From positions 960,001-1,024,000 of the forward strand of contig CAWHAE010000016.1 in NCBI GenBank assembly GCA_963827235.1: a stretch of DNA of 64,000 bases, written 5' to 3'. This stretch comes from an uncultured bacterium. Lineage in GTDB: Bacteria; Chloroflexota; UBA5177; JANWHV01. This document shows positions 37,821-47,912 of the stretch, one piece after another. Each line of letters opens with the position of its first letter. The stretch's first letter is position 1. The translations under genes were made by a program, and so were the position numbers. Below the pieces are notes generated by a model. That model saw only the letters and a program-made list of their open reading frames with translations, did not search any database and was not told the origin of the DNA.

Positions 37821-40463
37821 CTAGCGTTTCTCGGCGGCGTCGAAGCGCAGACGGACAGACTGGATTGCGCGCCCGCCCACCGCGACGCGAACTGCCGCGC
37901 CTTCAATGGGCAGCGATGCGCCGTTTTCTTCCAGCGGCGAAGTGAGTGTGGCGGAGGAGAGGCTCAACGCAAAGCGCACCGGAACCTCCGCAGCTTCGCG
38001 GCGTACATTCTGCAGACGCAGGATCATCCCGTCGCCATCCTCAGCCGGTTTCAAGGTCAGTTGGACGCCGGCATCCTCGGGAATAGTGAGCAGCGAGTCG
38101 GACTGCACGCCGGTGCGCAGATAGTCGCGCAGCACGAGCACCGGAGTTGCCTCTTCCGCACCAAATCGTGCCGCCGCCACCTCGTCACACGGACCGCCGT
38201 GCGTGGTAAGCCGGTAGCGCAGCGGGATCTCGCCACCCTGGCTGGCCTTGAAGTTCACCATCCAGTGGTTATTGAGCGCCCAGGACATCAGCGTTGGCCC
38301 TTCCGGATCGAACTGCGGGGTCCGGCGCGCCGTGGTGATGCCGCCAAGCTGCATCAACGGTGCATCCAGTGGGGCCACGGTCACGCCACGCGTGCCGTCG
38401 CTGACGTCGACCCAGCGCTGTATCGGGTACCAGGCTTGCACGGTACCCGGTAACTGATCCACGCCCGGCGAGCAAGCGATGCCGTTCAGGTCTGCCCGGA
38501 ACGACGGTCGCCCCAGATTGCAGGGGAAGGCGATATAGACGGCCTCCGGATCGGTGACGTGCTGCTTATCCAGCGTCCAGTCGATAGCCAGCGTCTTGGC
38601 ACCGCTCTCCAGACTGAAGCGGCAGCGGGCGCCGAAGATGCCAAGTGCCTGAATCTTCACGCTGATCGAGGCGCGCCCCTGCTCCAGCACCGGCTCCTCG
38701 ACATGGACTTCACTTGCCACGTTCTGCTGGAACGGAGGGTCGGCGGCCCAAATGCCAAACTCTTCGTGGGAGAAGTCGCCGACGTAGACTGCATTGCGCC
38801 CCTCCGGCGAATCCACCCACTCGTAGATATACTGGCCAAGGCCCCAGCCGCGATACGAGCCTGCGAAGTTGTGGCCGAGGCTCTTGTCGTACCACTCGAC
38901 CACGGCGCCCCTGGCAGGATCGATACGTACCCGATAGTGCGCGTTCTCGATCTGATATGGCGCCACGGACAGATCGGCAAACGGTGCTTCCGTCGCCAGC
39001 GGCAGGAAGGCGTAGCCCAGTCCCGGCACCTGCCCCCGCACCCGGCGGAGCGGGGTCGGCGGGCGATTGCCGCCCCAGGGGACATCGCGAGGGAAGAACA
39101 TCTCCAGGACGCCCGCCGGCGCCGTCCACCCGCGCTGTTCCGGCTCCTCCACCACTACGGTCCGGGTCCAGGGAAGGGTATTGATCGCCAGCAGTTCGGT
39201 CGCGCCCGACGGTGGATAGGCCTCGTCCGGGGCAAGCGCACCCAGGTTGAACAATCCCTCGCCCCCCAGCGTAGCCCGCTCGGCCGCGAAGGCACGCGTG
39301 GTGCGCGCCAGAACGTCCTGCGTCTCGGCAGCGGCGCTGTAAGCGAAGCCAGCCTTCCGATTCCACTGCGCCCGGGTAAAGACCGCACCGGGCGCGTCGA
39401 TGCTGGAGAAGGCTCCCCAGCTGTGCTCGTCGTAGAGTGTCGTGTTCTCGAAAATCGTGGCCAGCCGTGGCGCGTCCCAAGCGCCGCGCCCCTGAGCTCG
39501 CTGCCAGGCGCCTAGCGTCTCGGCGATATGCAGCAGTTCATGCGTGGAACGATTAAGACCCGTCTCGTAGGCACTGGAACCCACGCCATCCGACCACCAG
39601 TCGAGCCAATCGCCGCGCCAGGTCGGCAACGTCGCGCCATGCAGCTCTCGCAGCCGGCGTCCGAACGCGCTGACCGTGGTGATCTCGATGCGTGGGGTGC
39701 GCCCCGCGGCATTCCAGTCACGTACGAAGGCAGGCAGGCGCGGATCGGGCGGCCCGTTATCGACGCGCACCGGATGCGTCGACTGGCTGTACATGAAATC
39801 AAACGGATAGTGCGGATCGGCTTCCAGTTTCTTGACCAGCTCGGGCAGGAAGCGGTCCACGAAGCGCCAGTCTCCGAGCGCGGCCTGGCTGCGACCGAAC
39901 AGATAGTGGTAGCCGTGCCAGGCCAGGATCCTACCGCTACCGGGACCCTCCCACCAGAAGGCGGCAGGTCGGGGCTTGGGCGCGCCGCCGCGGGATGTGT
40001 TGATTGCCAGGGTCAGAAAATCGATTCCGATCTCGGGAAGGAGGTTGGCGAAGAGCCAGCTGACGCCGTTGACGTCGGACTGCATGGCGGTCGTGACGAC
40101 CAGCCCGTAGTCATCGCGCAGTCGTCTCACTGGATAGAGACTGCGATGCATTTGCTCGACGTCGAGCAGAGGCGTCAGATTGTATTGCATCCCGGCAAGA
40201 TCGACATAACCCAGCCGGTGCCAGTGGCGGAAGCGATCGAGCTGCGCCGACGATGCCGCCCGCAGGTAGCGCTCCAGGGTGCCGGTGACTTCGCACACCC
40301 AACGGTAGCGCGCTTCCTCAGGGTAGTGCGCGGTCGCCTCGATCAGGTCAAGCGCTTGGTCGATAAACTCCGCGTGCTGCCGGAAACAGACGTCCTGATA
40401 GTCGGTGAACCCGACGTCGGTATGGCTGTGATTGACGATATACAGAGTGCGGATCTGCGCCAT
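37821..40463 (-). CDS. GH38-like alpha-mannosidase
   Basis: HSHTDVGFT, SDVNG, FWWEGP, DNGPP, GDWLDWWSDG, YDEHSWG, NNHWMVNF. Confidence 0.87.
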   Translation of the reverse strand: MAQIRTLYIVNHSHTDVGFTDYQDVCFRQHAEFIDQALDLIEATAHYPEEARYRWVCEVTGTLERYLRAASSAQLDRFRHWHRLGYVDLAGMQYNLTPLLDVEQMHRSLYPVRRLRDDYGLVVTTAMQSDVNGVSWLFANLLPEIGIDFLTLAINTSRGGAPKPRPAAFWWEGPGSGRILAWHGYHYLFGRSQAALGDWRFVDRFLPELVKKLEADPHYPFDFMYSQSTHPVRVDNGPPDPRLPAFVRDWNAAGRTPRIEITTVSAFGRRLRELHGATLPTWRGDWLDWWSDGVGSSAYETGLNRSTHELLHIAETLGAWQRAQGRGAWDAPRLATIFENTTLYDEHSWGAFSSIDAPGAVFTRAQWNRKAGFAYSAAAETQDVLARTTRAFAAERATLGGEGLFNLGALAPDEAYPPSGATELLAINTLPWTRTVVVEEPEQRGWTAPAGVLEMFFPRDVPWGGNRPPTPLRRVRGQVPGLGYAFLPLATEAPFADLSVAPYQIENAHYRVRIDPARGAVVEWYDKSLGHNFAGSYRGWGLGQYIYEWVDSPEGRNAVYVGDFSHEEFGIWAADPPFQQNVASEVHVEEPVLEQGRASISVKIQALGIFGARCRFSLESGAKTLAIDWTLDKQHVTDPEAVYIAFPCNLGRPSFRADLNGIACSPGVDQLPGTVQAWYPIQRWVDVSDGTRGVTVAPLDAPLMQLGGITTARRTPQFDPEGPTLMSWALNNHWMVNFKASQGGEIPLRYRLTTHGGPCDEVAAARFGAEEATPVLVLRDYLRTGVQSDSLLTIPEDAGVQLTLKPAEDGDGMILRLQNVRREAAEVPVRFALSLSSATLTSPLEENGASLPIEGAAVRVAVGGRAIQSVRLRFDAAEKR

Positions 40464-40575
40464 TGCATCCTCCCCTGGCGTATTGCGCCATGCTGTCCTC
40501 GGCCCCGAGTGATAGCGTCAGAGTATTCCGAGAGAGCACGTCCTCCCCGTCGAGGCGGGGCTCTCACGTGGTCGC

Positions 40576-42309
40576 TCACTTGACGAACGCCTTGACCACT
40601 TTGCAGGGTGACGAGCCGCGGTTGCGGAGGGTGAACGAGCCGAGAGAGGACGGGAGAATCATGCTCTCGGCGAACCGCAGTTCCACCGGCTCGAGGCCCT
40701 CCGTTTCGACCGCACAGCACTCCCCTTCGACCAGATTGATAGCCACGAACCGGTCCCCTGTTGTGTCCGGGACGCCGTCCACAAAATCCAGCCGTGTGAT
40801 GGCGAAGAAGAGCCTGGGGTTGTCTGCCAGGCGATATTCAGCCCAGCCGGGCCCCTCGCGCAGTAGCTCCGGCACCGGAACCAGGTTGGAACGCACCCAG
40901 CCGGTGGTGCGGGTCGCGTCGATGTTGGCGAAAGCATGCTCCAGATGCACGGGTCGCAGATTGCCGCGCAGATCCGAGCGCAGGTAGTCGTAGATCTTGA
41001 AGGTAAAGATATACGGCGTGGCGCTGATCTCCAGTACCAAGTTGTTCGCTCCACTGCAGTGGACGGTACCGCTTGGAATCAGGAACAGTTCATGCGGCTT
41101 GCTGGAGAAGCTGTTCACGTAGTCGGTGATCTCCAGAGGCTCGGAGTGATCCCTGGCGGCGTAGGCCTTCTGTTTGAAGCGTGCAAGGTCGGCATCCTCG
41201 CGTAGTCCAAGGTAGACTCGGGCCTCGGGATCGCAGGTGACGACGTAATACGTCTCGTCCTGAGTGAACGGCTCTCCGAACTCATCCCGGATATAGTCGA
41301 GGCGCGGATGCACTTGGCAGGATAGGTTGGTGCCGCCCATGGTATCGAGATAATCGAGCCGGATCGGGAAGTAACTGCCGTAGCGGGCCGCCACAGGCAC
41401 CCCCAGCACGGCTTCGGTCTCCTGCCAGAGCAGGTAGTCAAACGAGCACTCCAGGGTATGCGCTCCGTCGCCGAGCAGTATCCCGTTCTCCGGGGCGATC
41501 AACTCGAAGGACCAGGCATAGTTCGGCTGATCGGGCGGCAGGCCAAACTGCTCTTTCATCCACTGTCCACCCCACGGGCCCGGCGCGAACCACGGCTTCA
41601 GCCGGAATGGACGGTGTGCGAGGGTGCGCAGGGCATGGCGCAGGGCCGGGCCACCGACGCTGAGCGGCGTCGAGAGATCTGTCAGATCTGCGAACAGATC
41701 CAGGCGCGGCAACAGTTCCCGCTTGATGCGCCCAAGCACCTGCCAGTCCACGAAATAGAGTCTCTTATAGAGCGCGCCATACGCCGGCACAGTATCCGAT
41801 CCGACGTTGGATACGAGGCCGCGGGCCGCGAGCTCCTGCCCGCGATCCTTGGGCACGTCGAGGTAGATAAGCAAATCACCGCCGGCGACCCTGGAGGCCC
41901 CGAAGCCTGTGAGCACGGTCAACTGGCGGCGCTCAGCCACCGACTGTCGCAGCGCATCCGCTCGCACTGCATCCCACAGCTCTTCGAGATGCCCGTGGAA
42001 GATTCGTCCGAAGACCGGATCGCTGGTGAGATTCGGTGCTAACAGCGCGTCGACCTGTGCTGGCGGCAGGAAACAGCTTGCCGTCGAGCACCACTGTGCG
42101 GCCAGGTGCGCCTCTTCCATTGCCTGTCGCAGCAAGGCGTCGAACTCGTCCCACTGCACGCCCGAGAAGCCGTCGATCACCACCAGGGCAGGGGAAGTCC
42201 GGCTGCCCGCGCAGCGCGCCACCTGTGCCGCGAGTGCTGCGTAGCCCGATTCCACGGCCAATCCAGGCAGCTCATGAACGGGGTGTGTACGGTACGCGGA
42301 CACGGCCAT
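40576..42309 (-). CDS. Class I mannose-6-phosphate isomerase with extended N-terminal domain
   Basis: PGPWGGQW, WSFELIAPEN, NLSCQVHP, QDETYY, IPSGTVH, VLEIS, YDYLR. Confidence 0.87.
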   Translation of the reverse strand: MAVSAYRTHPVHELPGLAVESGYAALAAQVARCAGSRTSPALVVIDGFSGVQWDEFDALLRQAMEEAHLAAQWCSTASCFLPPAQVDALLAPNLTSDPVFGRIFHGHLEELWDAVRADALRQSVAERRQLTVLTGFGASRVAGGDLLIYLDVPKDRGQELAARGLVSNVGSDTVPAYGALYKRLYFVDWQVLGRIKRELLPRLDLFADLTDLSTPLSVGGPALRHALRTLAHRPFRLKPWFAPGPWGGQWMKEQFGLPPDQPNYAWSFELIAPENGILLGDGAHTLECSFDYLLWQETEAVLGVPVAARYGSYFPIRLDYLDTMGGTNLSCQVHPRLDYIRDEFGEPFTQDETYYVVTCDPEARVYLGLREDADLARFKQKAYAARDHSEPLEITDYVNSFSSKPHELFLIPSGTVHCSGANNLVLEISATPYIFTFKIYDYLRSDLRGNLRPVHLEHAFANIDATRTTGWVRSNLVPVPELLREGPGWAEYRLADNPRLFFAITRLDFVDGVPDTTGDRFVAINLVEGECCAVETEGLEPVELRFAESMILPSSLGSFTLRNRGSSPCKVVKAFVK

Positions 42310-42349
42310 GGGGCCCAACTCCCTCACTCCGGCGACTCGATACCCACTA

Positions 42350-42379
42350 TTGACAAACCGGTATAGCAATACTCATAAT
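42350..42379 (+). promoter_or_regulatory. Sigma70-like promoter of the GntR/UTRA gene
   Basis: TTGACA - 18 nt - CATAAT in a short AT-rich divergent gap. Confidence 0.55.
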
Positions 42380-42455
42380 ACCTACGACCTCGATTCACTA
42401 TTACGACTTGATGATAGGTTCAGTGGAGCGGCCTGTAAAGTGGGGTGGGGGCGGC

Positions 42456-43214
42456 GTGAGGTACGCATCATCGCTCGTTTCCGACCAACCTGTGCCCAAG
42501 TACTACCGCGTGAAAGAAGCGGTACTGGGGCGCATTGCCGACGGCAGCTGGCCGCCCGGATCGCTATTGCCGGCGGAGCCCGAGCTCTGTCAGGAGTTTG
42601 GAGTCAGCCGCATCACGGTGCGCAAAGCCATTGGCGACCTGGTGCATGCGGGCAAGATCGTCACGGTGCAGGGCAAAGGAACGTTCGTCGCTACTCCAAA
42701 GGTGGGTGAGCGTTTCGTGCAGCGCGCCCACGGCTTCTACGAGGACATGGTACGCCGTGGTCTCCAACTGACCACGGAAATACTGCGGCAAGAGGTGATA
42801 CCGGCACCCCAGGACATAGCGGAGCGGCTCGGCCTGCGCAGGGGCGAATCCGTTCACGTGTTGGTGCGCAGGCGATCGGTCGAGGGTGAGAAGCTCCTGA
42901 TCTCCACGACCTACATACCGGAGGTGCTCTGCCCTGGCCTGGTGCATGACGACCTGTCGAATTGCTCGCTGTTCAGGACACTGCGCGAGAAGTACGGGCT
43001 CAGTATCCAGCGAGGGGAACGTTCGCTCGAGGCCGTGGCCGCCGATCAGTGGTATGCCCACGGACTGGACCTGGCGCTTGCCAGCCCGCTCCTCCTTCTG
43101 GAGAGCCGGGCCTTTCTTCCAGATGGAAGAGCATTTGAGTACTCGCAAACCTTGCAACGTGGCGACCGGGCGCGGGTCGACGTGGAGTTTGTACCGGTGC
43201 CCGATGAAGAGTAG
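42456..43214 (+). CDS. GntR family regulator, HutC/UTRA subfamily
   Basis: PKYYRVK, LPAEPELCQEFGVSRITVRKAI, QGKGTFV, SLFRTLREKYG. Confidence 0.94.
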   Translation: MRYASSLVSDQPVPKYYRVKEAVLGRIADGSWPPGSLLPAEPELCQEFGVSRITVRKAIGDLVHAGKIVTVQGKGTFVATPKVGERFVQRAHGFYEDMVRRGLQLTTEILRQEVIPAPQDIAERLGLRRGESVHVLVRRRSVEGEKLLISTTYIPEVLCPGLVHDDLSNCSLFRTLREKYGLSIQRGERSLEAVAADQWYAHGLDLALASPLLLLESRAFLPDGRAFEYSQTLQRGDRARVDVEFVPVPDEE

Positions 43215-43505
43215 ACCTGCCGGAATCGCCGGGGGTGGCGGGCAAACCACCATACACGTCCTCGTGATAGTGTCGAGACCAGTGTGTTAGCCAGGAAGGA
43301 GGTGTGTCCAAACGGGGGAGAGTTCCTCGTCTTCAGCACGTGACCAGGACTTATCTTTCAGTGGCCACGATGCAGCAGCGAGAAGATGGAGGCAGGGAGA
43401 ATACGCCAACCTGCAACCAGCACGTACCGAGGAGATCAGGTCGATTCCGCGCCGGCGCCGAGCTTAGGGGCCGGCCCTACAATGATGTGATAGGGAGATC
43501 GAAAC

Positions 43506-44795
43506 ATGCTCCATGGGTCTGGCTCGCTCTGGCGCCGTCTTGGCGCTGCCGCGATCATTGCAGCCGTCATGCTGCCTTCGGTCGGCGCGGTCAACGCCGC
43601 GCATTCGAAGGCAGGCACGACAGTCAATATTTGGAACGACAAGTCGACCTGGGCGCCGTTCTATAAGACCGAGGGCGCCGCTTCGCTCAAGGCCGTCGGC
43701 GTGGGGCTCAAGCCGGTGGAATATGCCGATACCACGACCTACCAGGCGGCAGTGCGCACGGCCGGCCGTACCTCCAAGGCACCCGACCTGTTCACCTGGT
43801 GGTCCGGCTATCAGATGGTGGACATCGTGAACGCCGGCGAGGCCGCGGATGTCAGCGCGCTGTGGGACAAGAACAAAGCCGCATATGCACCCGGGCTGCG
43901 CGCCGCCTTCACCTTCAACGGCAAGACGTACGGTATTCCTGAGAACCTGGCTTACTGGGAGGTCATTTACAACAAGCACGTCTTTGCCAAGTATCACCTC
44001 ACGGTGCCGACCACCTGGGCGCAGTTCCAGGCGATCGACAAGACGCTGCGCACGAACGGCGTCACGCCTCTTGCCGCCACCGTGGACGGCCAGTGGCCGG
44101 CCTTCATCTACTTCGAGGAGCTCCTGGTGCGGAGCAATCCCACGGCCTATATGAACCTGATGGCCGGCAAGATCAAGTACACCGATCCGGCTGTCGTCAA
44201 CGCGATGACCATCTGGGGCACGATGATCAAGGAAGGTGATTTCACCGATCCCGGCGCCGTGAAGTTCGGCACTTCGGGCAGCAACAACCTGCTCGGCCTC
44301 TTCACGCAGGGCAAGGTGGGAATGGTCGAGATGGGCAGCTGGTATGAGCCGACGCTCACCTCTGCCGGCCTCAAGCCTGGTGTGGATTACGGCGCGTTCA
44401 TAATGCCGAATATCACTCCCACGGCCGGGAAGAACGTGATCTTCGAGACGGGTCCGATCGTGGTCTCTGCTCACGGATCCAACCAAGCGGCGGCGATGAA
44501 GGCTGCGGACTACTTTATGTCGCAGGCCGGCCAGCAAGCCTGGATCAATGCAACGGGATTCATCCCGGCGCGCAGCGATGTGAAGGCCACCAATACGCTC
44601 GATCAGCAAATGGTGTCGACTGTCTCTGCCGGCTACAACCTGATCCCCCGCTACTGGGAAGCGACTCCCTTCGACATCGTGAACGTAGGCGTCAATGAGT
44701 TCGCCAAGTTCATGCTGCACCCCGGTACCGACCCGATGCCCATTCTGCAGGCCATCCAGACCCAGGCGGACCGCACCTGGGCGTCAATGCGCTAG
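43506..44795 (+). CDS. Sugar ABC transporter solute-binding protein
   Basis: Signal peptide, PDLFTWWSG, NGKTYGIP, YNKHVF, PTTWAQF, GSW. Confidence 0.93.
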   Translation: MLHGSGSLWRRLGAAAIIAAVMLPSVGAVNAAHSKAGTTVNIWNDKSTWAPFYKTEGAASLKAVGVGLKPVEYADTTTYQAAVRTAGRTSKAPDLFTWWSGYQMVDIVNAGEAADVSALWDKNKAAYAPGLRAAFTFNGKTYGIPENLAYWEVIYNKHVFAKYHLTVPTTWAQFQAIDKTLRTNGVTPLAATVDGQWPAFIYFEELLVRSNPTAYMNLMAGKIKYTDPAVVNAMTIWGTMIKEGDFTDPGAVKFGTSGSNNLLGLFTQGKVGMVEMGSWYEPTLTSAGLKPGVDYGAFIMPNITPTAGKNVIFETGPIVVSAHGSNQAAAMKAADYFMSQAGQQAWINATGFIPARSDVKATNTLDQQMVSTVSAGYNLIPRYWEATPFDIVNVGVNEFAKFMLHPGTDPMPILQAIQTQADRTWASMR

Positions 44796-44812
44796 ACTCG
44801 CACGGGCATAGT

Positions 44813-44852
44813 GTGCATGGTGGCGCGGCGATACCGCCGCGCCACCATGCAC
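44813..44852 (+). terminator. Perfect 18-bp hairpin after the SBP gene (mRNA stabiliser or partial terminator)
   Basis: GTGCATGGTGGCGCGGCG-atac-CGCCGCGCCACCATGCAC, no U-tract. Confidence 0.7.
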
Positions 44853-44896
44853 GAATAGGTAGTCTGCTGCCGCACACTGTCTGGAGCAGCAACAAC

Positions 44897-45847
44897 ATGA
44901 ACGTCGCTTCGCCGCGTGAATCAGCCGTCGATCCCGCACAGGGTGGACCGGGAATTGCGCTGGTCCGCCACAGACGGATCCCGGTAAGGCCGCTGCAGTA
45001 TCTCTACATGCTGCCGATGCTGCTGATGGTCGGTGCCTTCCTGCTCTATCCGGCAATCACTACATTTCGCCTCAGTTTCACCGACTCGAACGGCCTCAAC
45101 GACGCGAAATTCATCGGGCTGAAGAACTATACCGATCTGTTCACGGACCCGCAGTTCAGCACCTCGTTCACAAATACGCTGCTCTGGGTAGTCGGCGTGA
45201 TGTTGCTGCAGGTTGTGCTCGGACTGCTACTCGCGGTAGTCCTCAGCGAGGTGCGCGGCGGCGACCTGATGAAGATTCTTTTCTATCTCCCGGCCACAAT
45301 TTCCGGCGCCACGGTTGCCGTGGTCTGGTACTTCATGTTCGATCCCGGCCAGGGCATGGTCAACACGACGCTGCGCTTGGTGCACCTCAATATGCTGACC
45401 CACGACTGGCTGACCGATGTCCCGACCAACACCTGGGCCATGATCGTAGCAGCTACATGGCAAGGTCTGGGTCCAAACATGCTGCTCTTCCTGGTTGGCC
45501 TGCAGAACCTGCCGCGTGAGCCGCTGGAAGCCGCCATGCTGGATGGCGCGGGACCGATACGGCTCTTCTGGCACATCACCGTGCCGTTGCTGCGGCCGAT
45601 GCTCACGATTGTGGCAGGCATCGCGCTGATCAACAGTTTCAAGGTGTTCGACTTGATCTGGGTGATGACGCAGGGCGGTCCCTATCGATCCAGCGAGACG
45701 CTGGCGCTGACCATGTATCATGAGTCTTTTGTCAGCTTTCAGCTCGGCTACGGTGCATCGGTGGCCATCGTGTTGACCGCGATTGTGATGGTCTTGTCGA
45801 TCTTCTACCTGCGCACAATGTTCAGCCGGGACGCGGAGGTGTATTGA
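44897..45847 (+). CDS. Carbohydrate ABC permease
   Basis: FIGLKNY, EAAMLDGA, ITVPLLRP, MTQGGP. Confidence 0.95.
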   Translation: MNVASPRESAVDPAQGGPGIALVRHRRIPVRPLQYLYMLPMLLMVGAFLLYPAITTFRLSFTDSNGLNDAKFIGLKNYTDLFTDPQFSTSFTNTLLWVVGVMLLQVVLGLLLAVVLSEVRGGDLMKILFYLPATISGATVAVVWYFMFDPGQGMVNTTLRLVHLNMLTHDWLTDVPTNTWAMIVAATWQGLGPNMLLFLVGLQNLPREPLEAAMLDGAGPIRLFWHITVPLLRPMLTIVAGIALINSFKVFDLIWVMTQGGPYRSSETLALTMYHESFVSFQLGYGASVAIVLTAIVMVLSIFYLRTMFSRDAEVY

Positions 45848-46728
45848 TGTTTGTTGCACCTCCCACACAAACCGCACCCGCCAAGCAGAAGCAACCACCA
45901 CGCTATGGCCGCTGGATCGTCCAGACTGTGGTCGTCGTGCTGGTAGTGATCTGGCTGGTGCCCTTCTGGTCACCGCTCATCACGCCGATGAAGACAACCA
46001 CGGAATACTTCAACTCATCGGCCTGGGCGTTGCCCAAGAACGCGGCCAACATATTCAGCAATATGCAGACCGCCTGGGCGACCGCCGGCCTCGGACCTGG
46101 CTTTCTGGCCAGCCTCTCGTATGGCCTCGTCGGGGCGGCGCTGGCGATCATTTTCGCCTCGCTGGGAGCGTTCGCAATCACACGCCTGCAAATCTGGGCC
46201 CCGTTCTTCTGGTTTATGCTCGTGTTCACCGGCACGATCGTGCCGTTCCAGATGTATCTGATCCCCCTGTTTCAGACCTACAACAATGTCGGTCTCTATG
46301 ACACCTGGATCGGTATGGCGGCGTTCTACACCGCCATCGCCATACCGTTCTGCCTCTTCGTGCTGCGCGGAACCTTCTCCACGATCAGCCGGGAAATCAT
46401 GGAGGCAGCACGCCTGGACGGGTGCCGCGACTTTGCGGTCTATTGGCGAATCTGCATGCCGCTCTCGCGCGGCGCCATAGCCGCTCTGTTCCTGTTCCAG
46501 TTCACCTGGATCTGGAACGATCTGATCTTCGGCCTGGTGCTGTCGATCTCCGATGGCGTCCGTCCGGTGATGCCTACGCTGGCCGGCATGCAAGGGATCT
46601 ATGCCACAACGGGTCCGCCAATCGTGCTCTCCGCCGCGTTGATAGCATCCATGCCGACGCTTATCCTCTTCCTGTTGCTGCGCAACTATCTGATCAAGGG
46701 CCTGACGCTTACCGTCGGCAATCAGTGA
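45847..46728 (+). CDS. Carbohydrate ABC permease
   Basis: EIMEAARLDGC, WIWND; TGATG coupling. Confidence 0.95.
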   Translation: MFVAPPTQTAPAKQKQPPRYGRWIVQTVVVVLVVIWLVPFWSPLITPMKTTTEYFNSSAWALPKNAANIFSNMQTAWATAGLGPGFLASLSYGLVGAALAIIFASLGAFAITRLQIWAPFFWFMLVFTGTIVPFQMYLIPLFQTYNNVGLYDTWIGMAAFYTAIAIPFCLFVLRGTFSTISREIMEAARLDGCRDFAVYWRICMPLSRGAIAALFLFQFTWIWNDLIFGLVLSISDGVRPVMPTLAGMQGIYATTGPPIVLSAALIASMPTLILFLLLRNYLIKGLTLTVGNQ

Positions 46729-47063
46729 TCTGGGGGTTGGGCTGATGCCGGAGCGTAATTTGGCGCGTCTACTTCTATCACCACCATACGCACACCGTGA
46801 TTAGCTACACCCATCCCCAGGAGGAAGCCGCAGAACGGCGACGAACTCCTGATCCTGCCTTGAGCGCAACCCTGGCGCCGTTCGGTGCCGCTGCGTGGAA
46901 GCCGCGCGCGGTAAAGTAAGGGAGTGTGGCTCAGCCTGCGAGTCTCGATCCGCAGACTGAGTCACTACCGCGACCGTACCTGGACGTGGAGTCCGCGGGA
47001 ATCCGTGCTTCTGAAGAGCTCGCCTGGACATAGTCATTCTGTGGTCGGTGGACACGGGAGGAC

Positions 47064-47861
47064 ATGATGGAGGAGTCGCCCGGATTGCTGGTGGGGAAGA
47101 TAGCCGTGGTCACAGGAGCAGGGTCCGGTATTGGCCGCGCCTCGGCGCGGGCGCTGGGCTCCGCAGGCGCGGTAGTTGCAGTCGTGGACCGTGATCCGGC
47201 CGGTGCCGCGTCGGCAGTGGAAGAGATCCGCGCCGCCGGCGGTCAGGCCATCGCCATCGTCGCCGACGTGTCGTCGAGCGAGGGCGCCGCGCACGTAGCG
47301 GCAACCGCGCGCGAGGAATTAGGCGGCCTGGATATTCTGCACAATAACGCAGGCATCCAGCGCTACGGCACGGTGGTGAGTACTCCCGAATCCGAATGGG
47401 ACGACGTGATGCGGGTGAACGTCAAGAGCATGTATCTCGTGGCGCGAGCCTGCGTGCCGCTGATACAGGCGCGCGGCGGCGGCGCTATCGTCAATACTGC
47501 CTCAGTGCAGGCTTTCGCCAGCCAGTCGAGCGTGGCGGCGTATACGACCAGCAAGCATGCCGTCCTTGGCCTCACCCGATCCATGGCGGTGGATCTTGCG
47601 CCAGCGATTCGCGTCAATTGTGTCTGTCCCGGCGCGGTGGACACACCGATGCTTCGAAGCGTGGTCGCCGGCGCGCTCGACCCGCAGGGCGTCTGGCGAA
47701 CCCTGGAGCATATGCACCTGCTCGGGCGAGTGGCGCGGCCCGAGGAAGTCGCGGCCGTCGTGGTATTTCTGGCCGGACCCATGGCGTCGTTCGTCACGGG
47801 CGCCGCCATACCGGTGGATGGTGGGATGATGGTCGCGCTGGGTGGGTCACCTGCGCATTGA
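47064..47861 (+). CDS. SDR family oxidoreductase
   Basis: TGAGSGIG, NNAG, YTTSK, CPGAVDTPM, VDGG. Confidence 0.94.
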   Translation: MMEESPGLLVGKIAVVTGAGSGIGRASARALGSAGAVVAVVDRDPAGAASAVEEIRAAGGQAIAIVADVSSSEGAAHVAATAREELGGLDILHNNAGIQRYGTVVSTPESEWDDVMRVNVKSMYLVARACVPLIQARGGGAIVNTASVQAFASQSSVAAYTTSKHAVLGLTRSMAVDLAPAIRVNCVCPGAVDTPMLRSVVAGALDPQGVWRTLEHMHLLGRVARPEEVAAVVVFLAGPMASFVTGAAIPVDGGMMVALGGSPAH

Positions 47862-47912
47862 ACCAGTAGCGGCGGGGAGGGGAACCGCTGCGGTCGTGTG
47901 GAGGCTCTGCCA

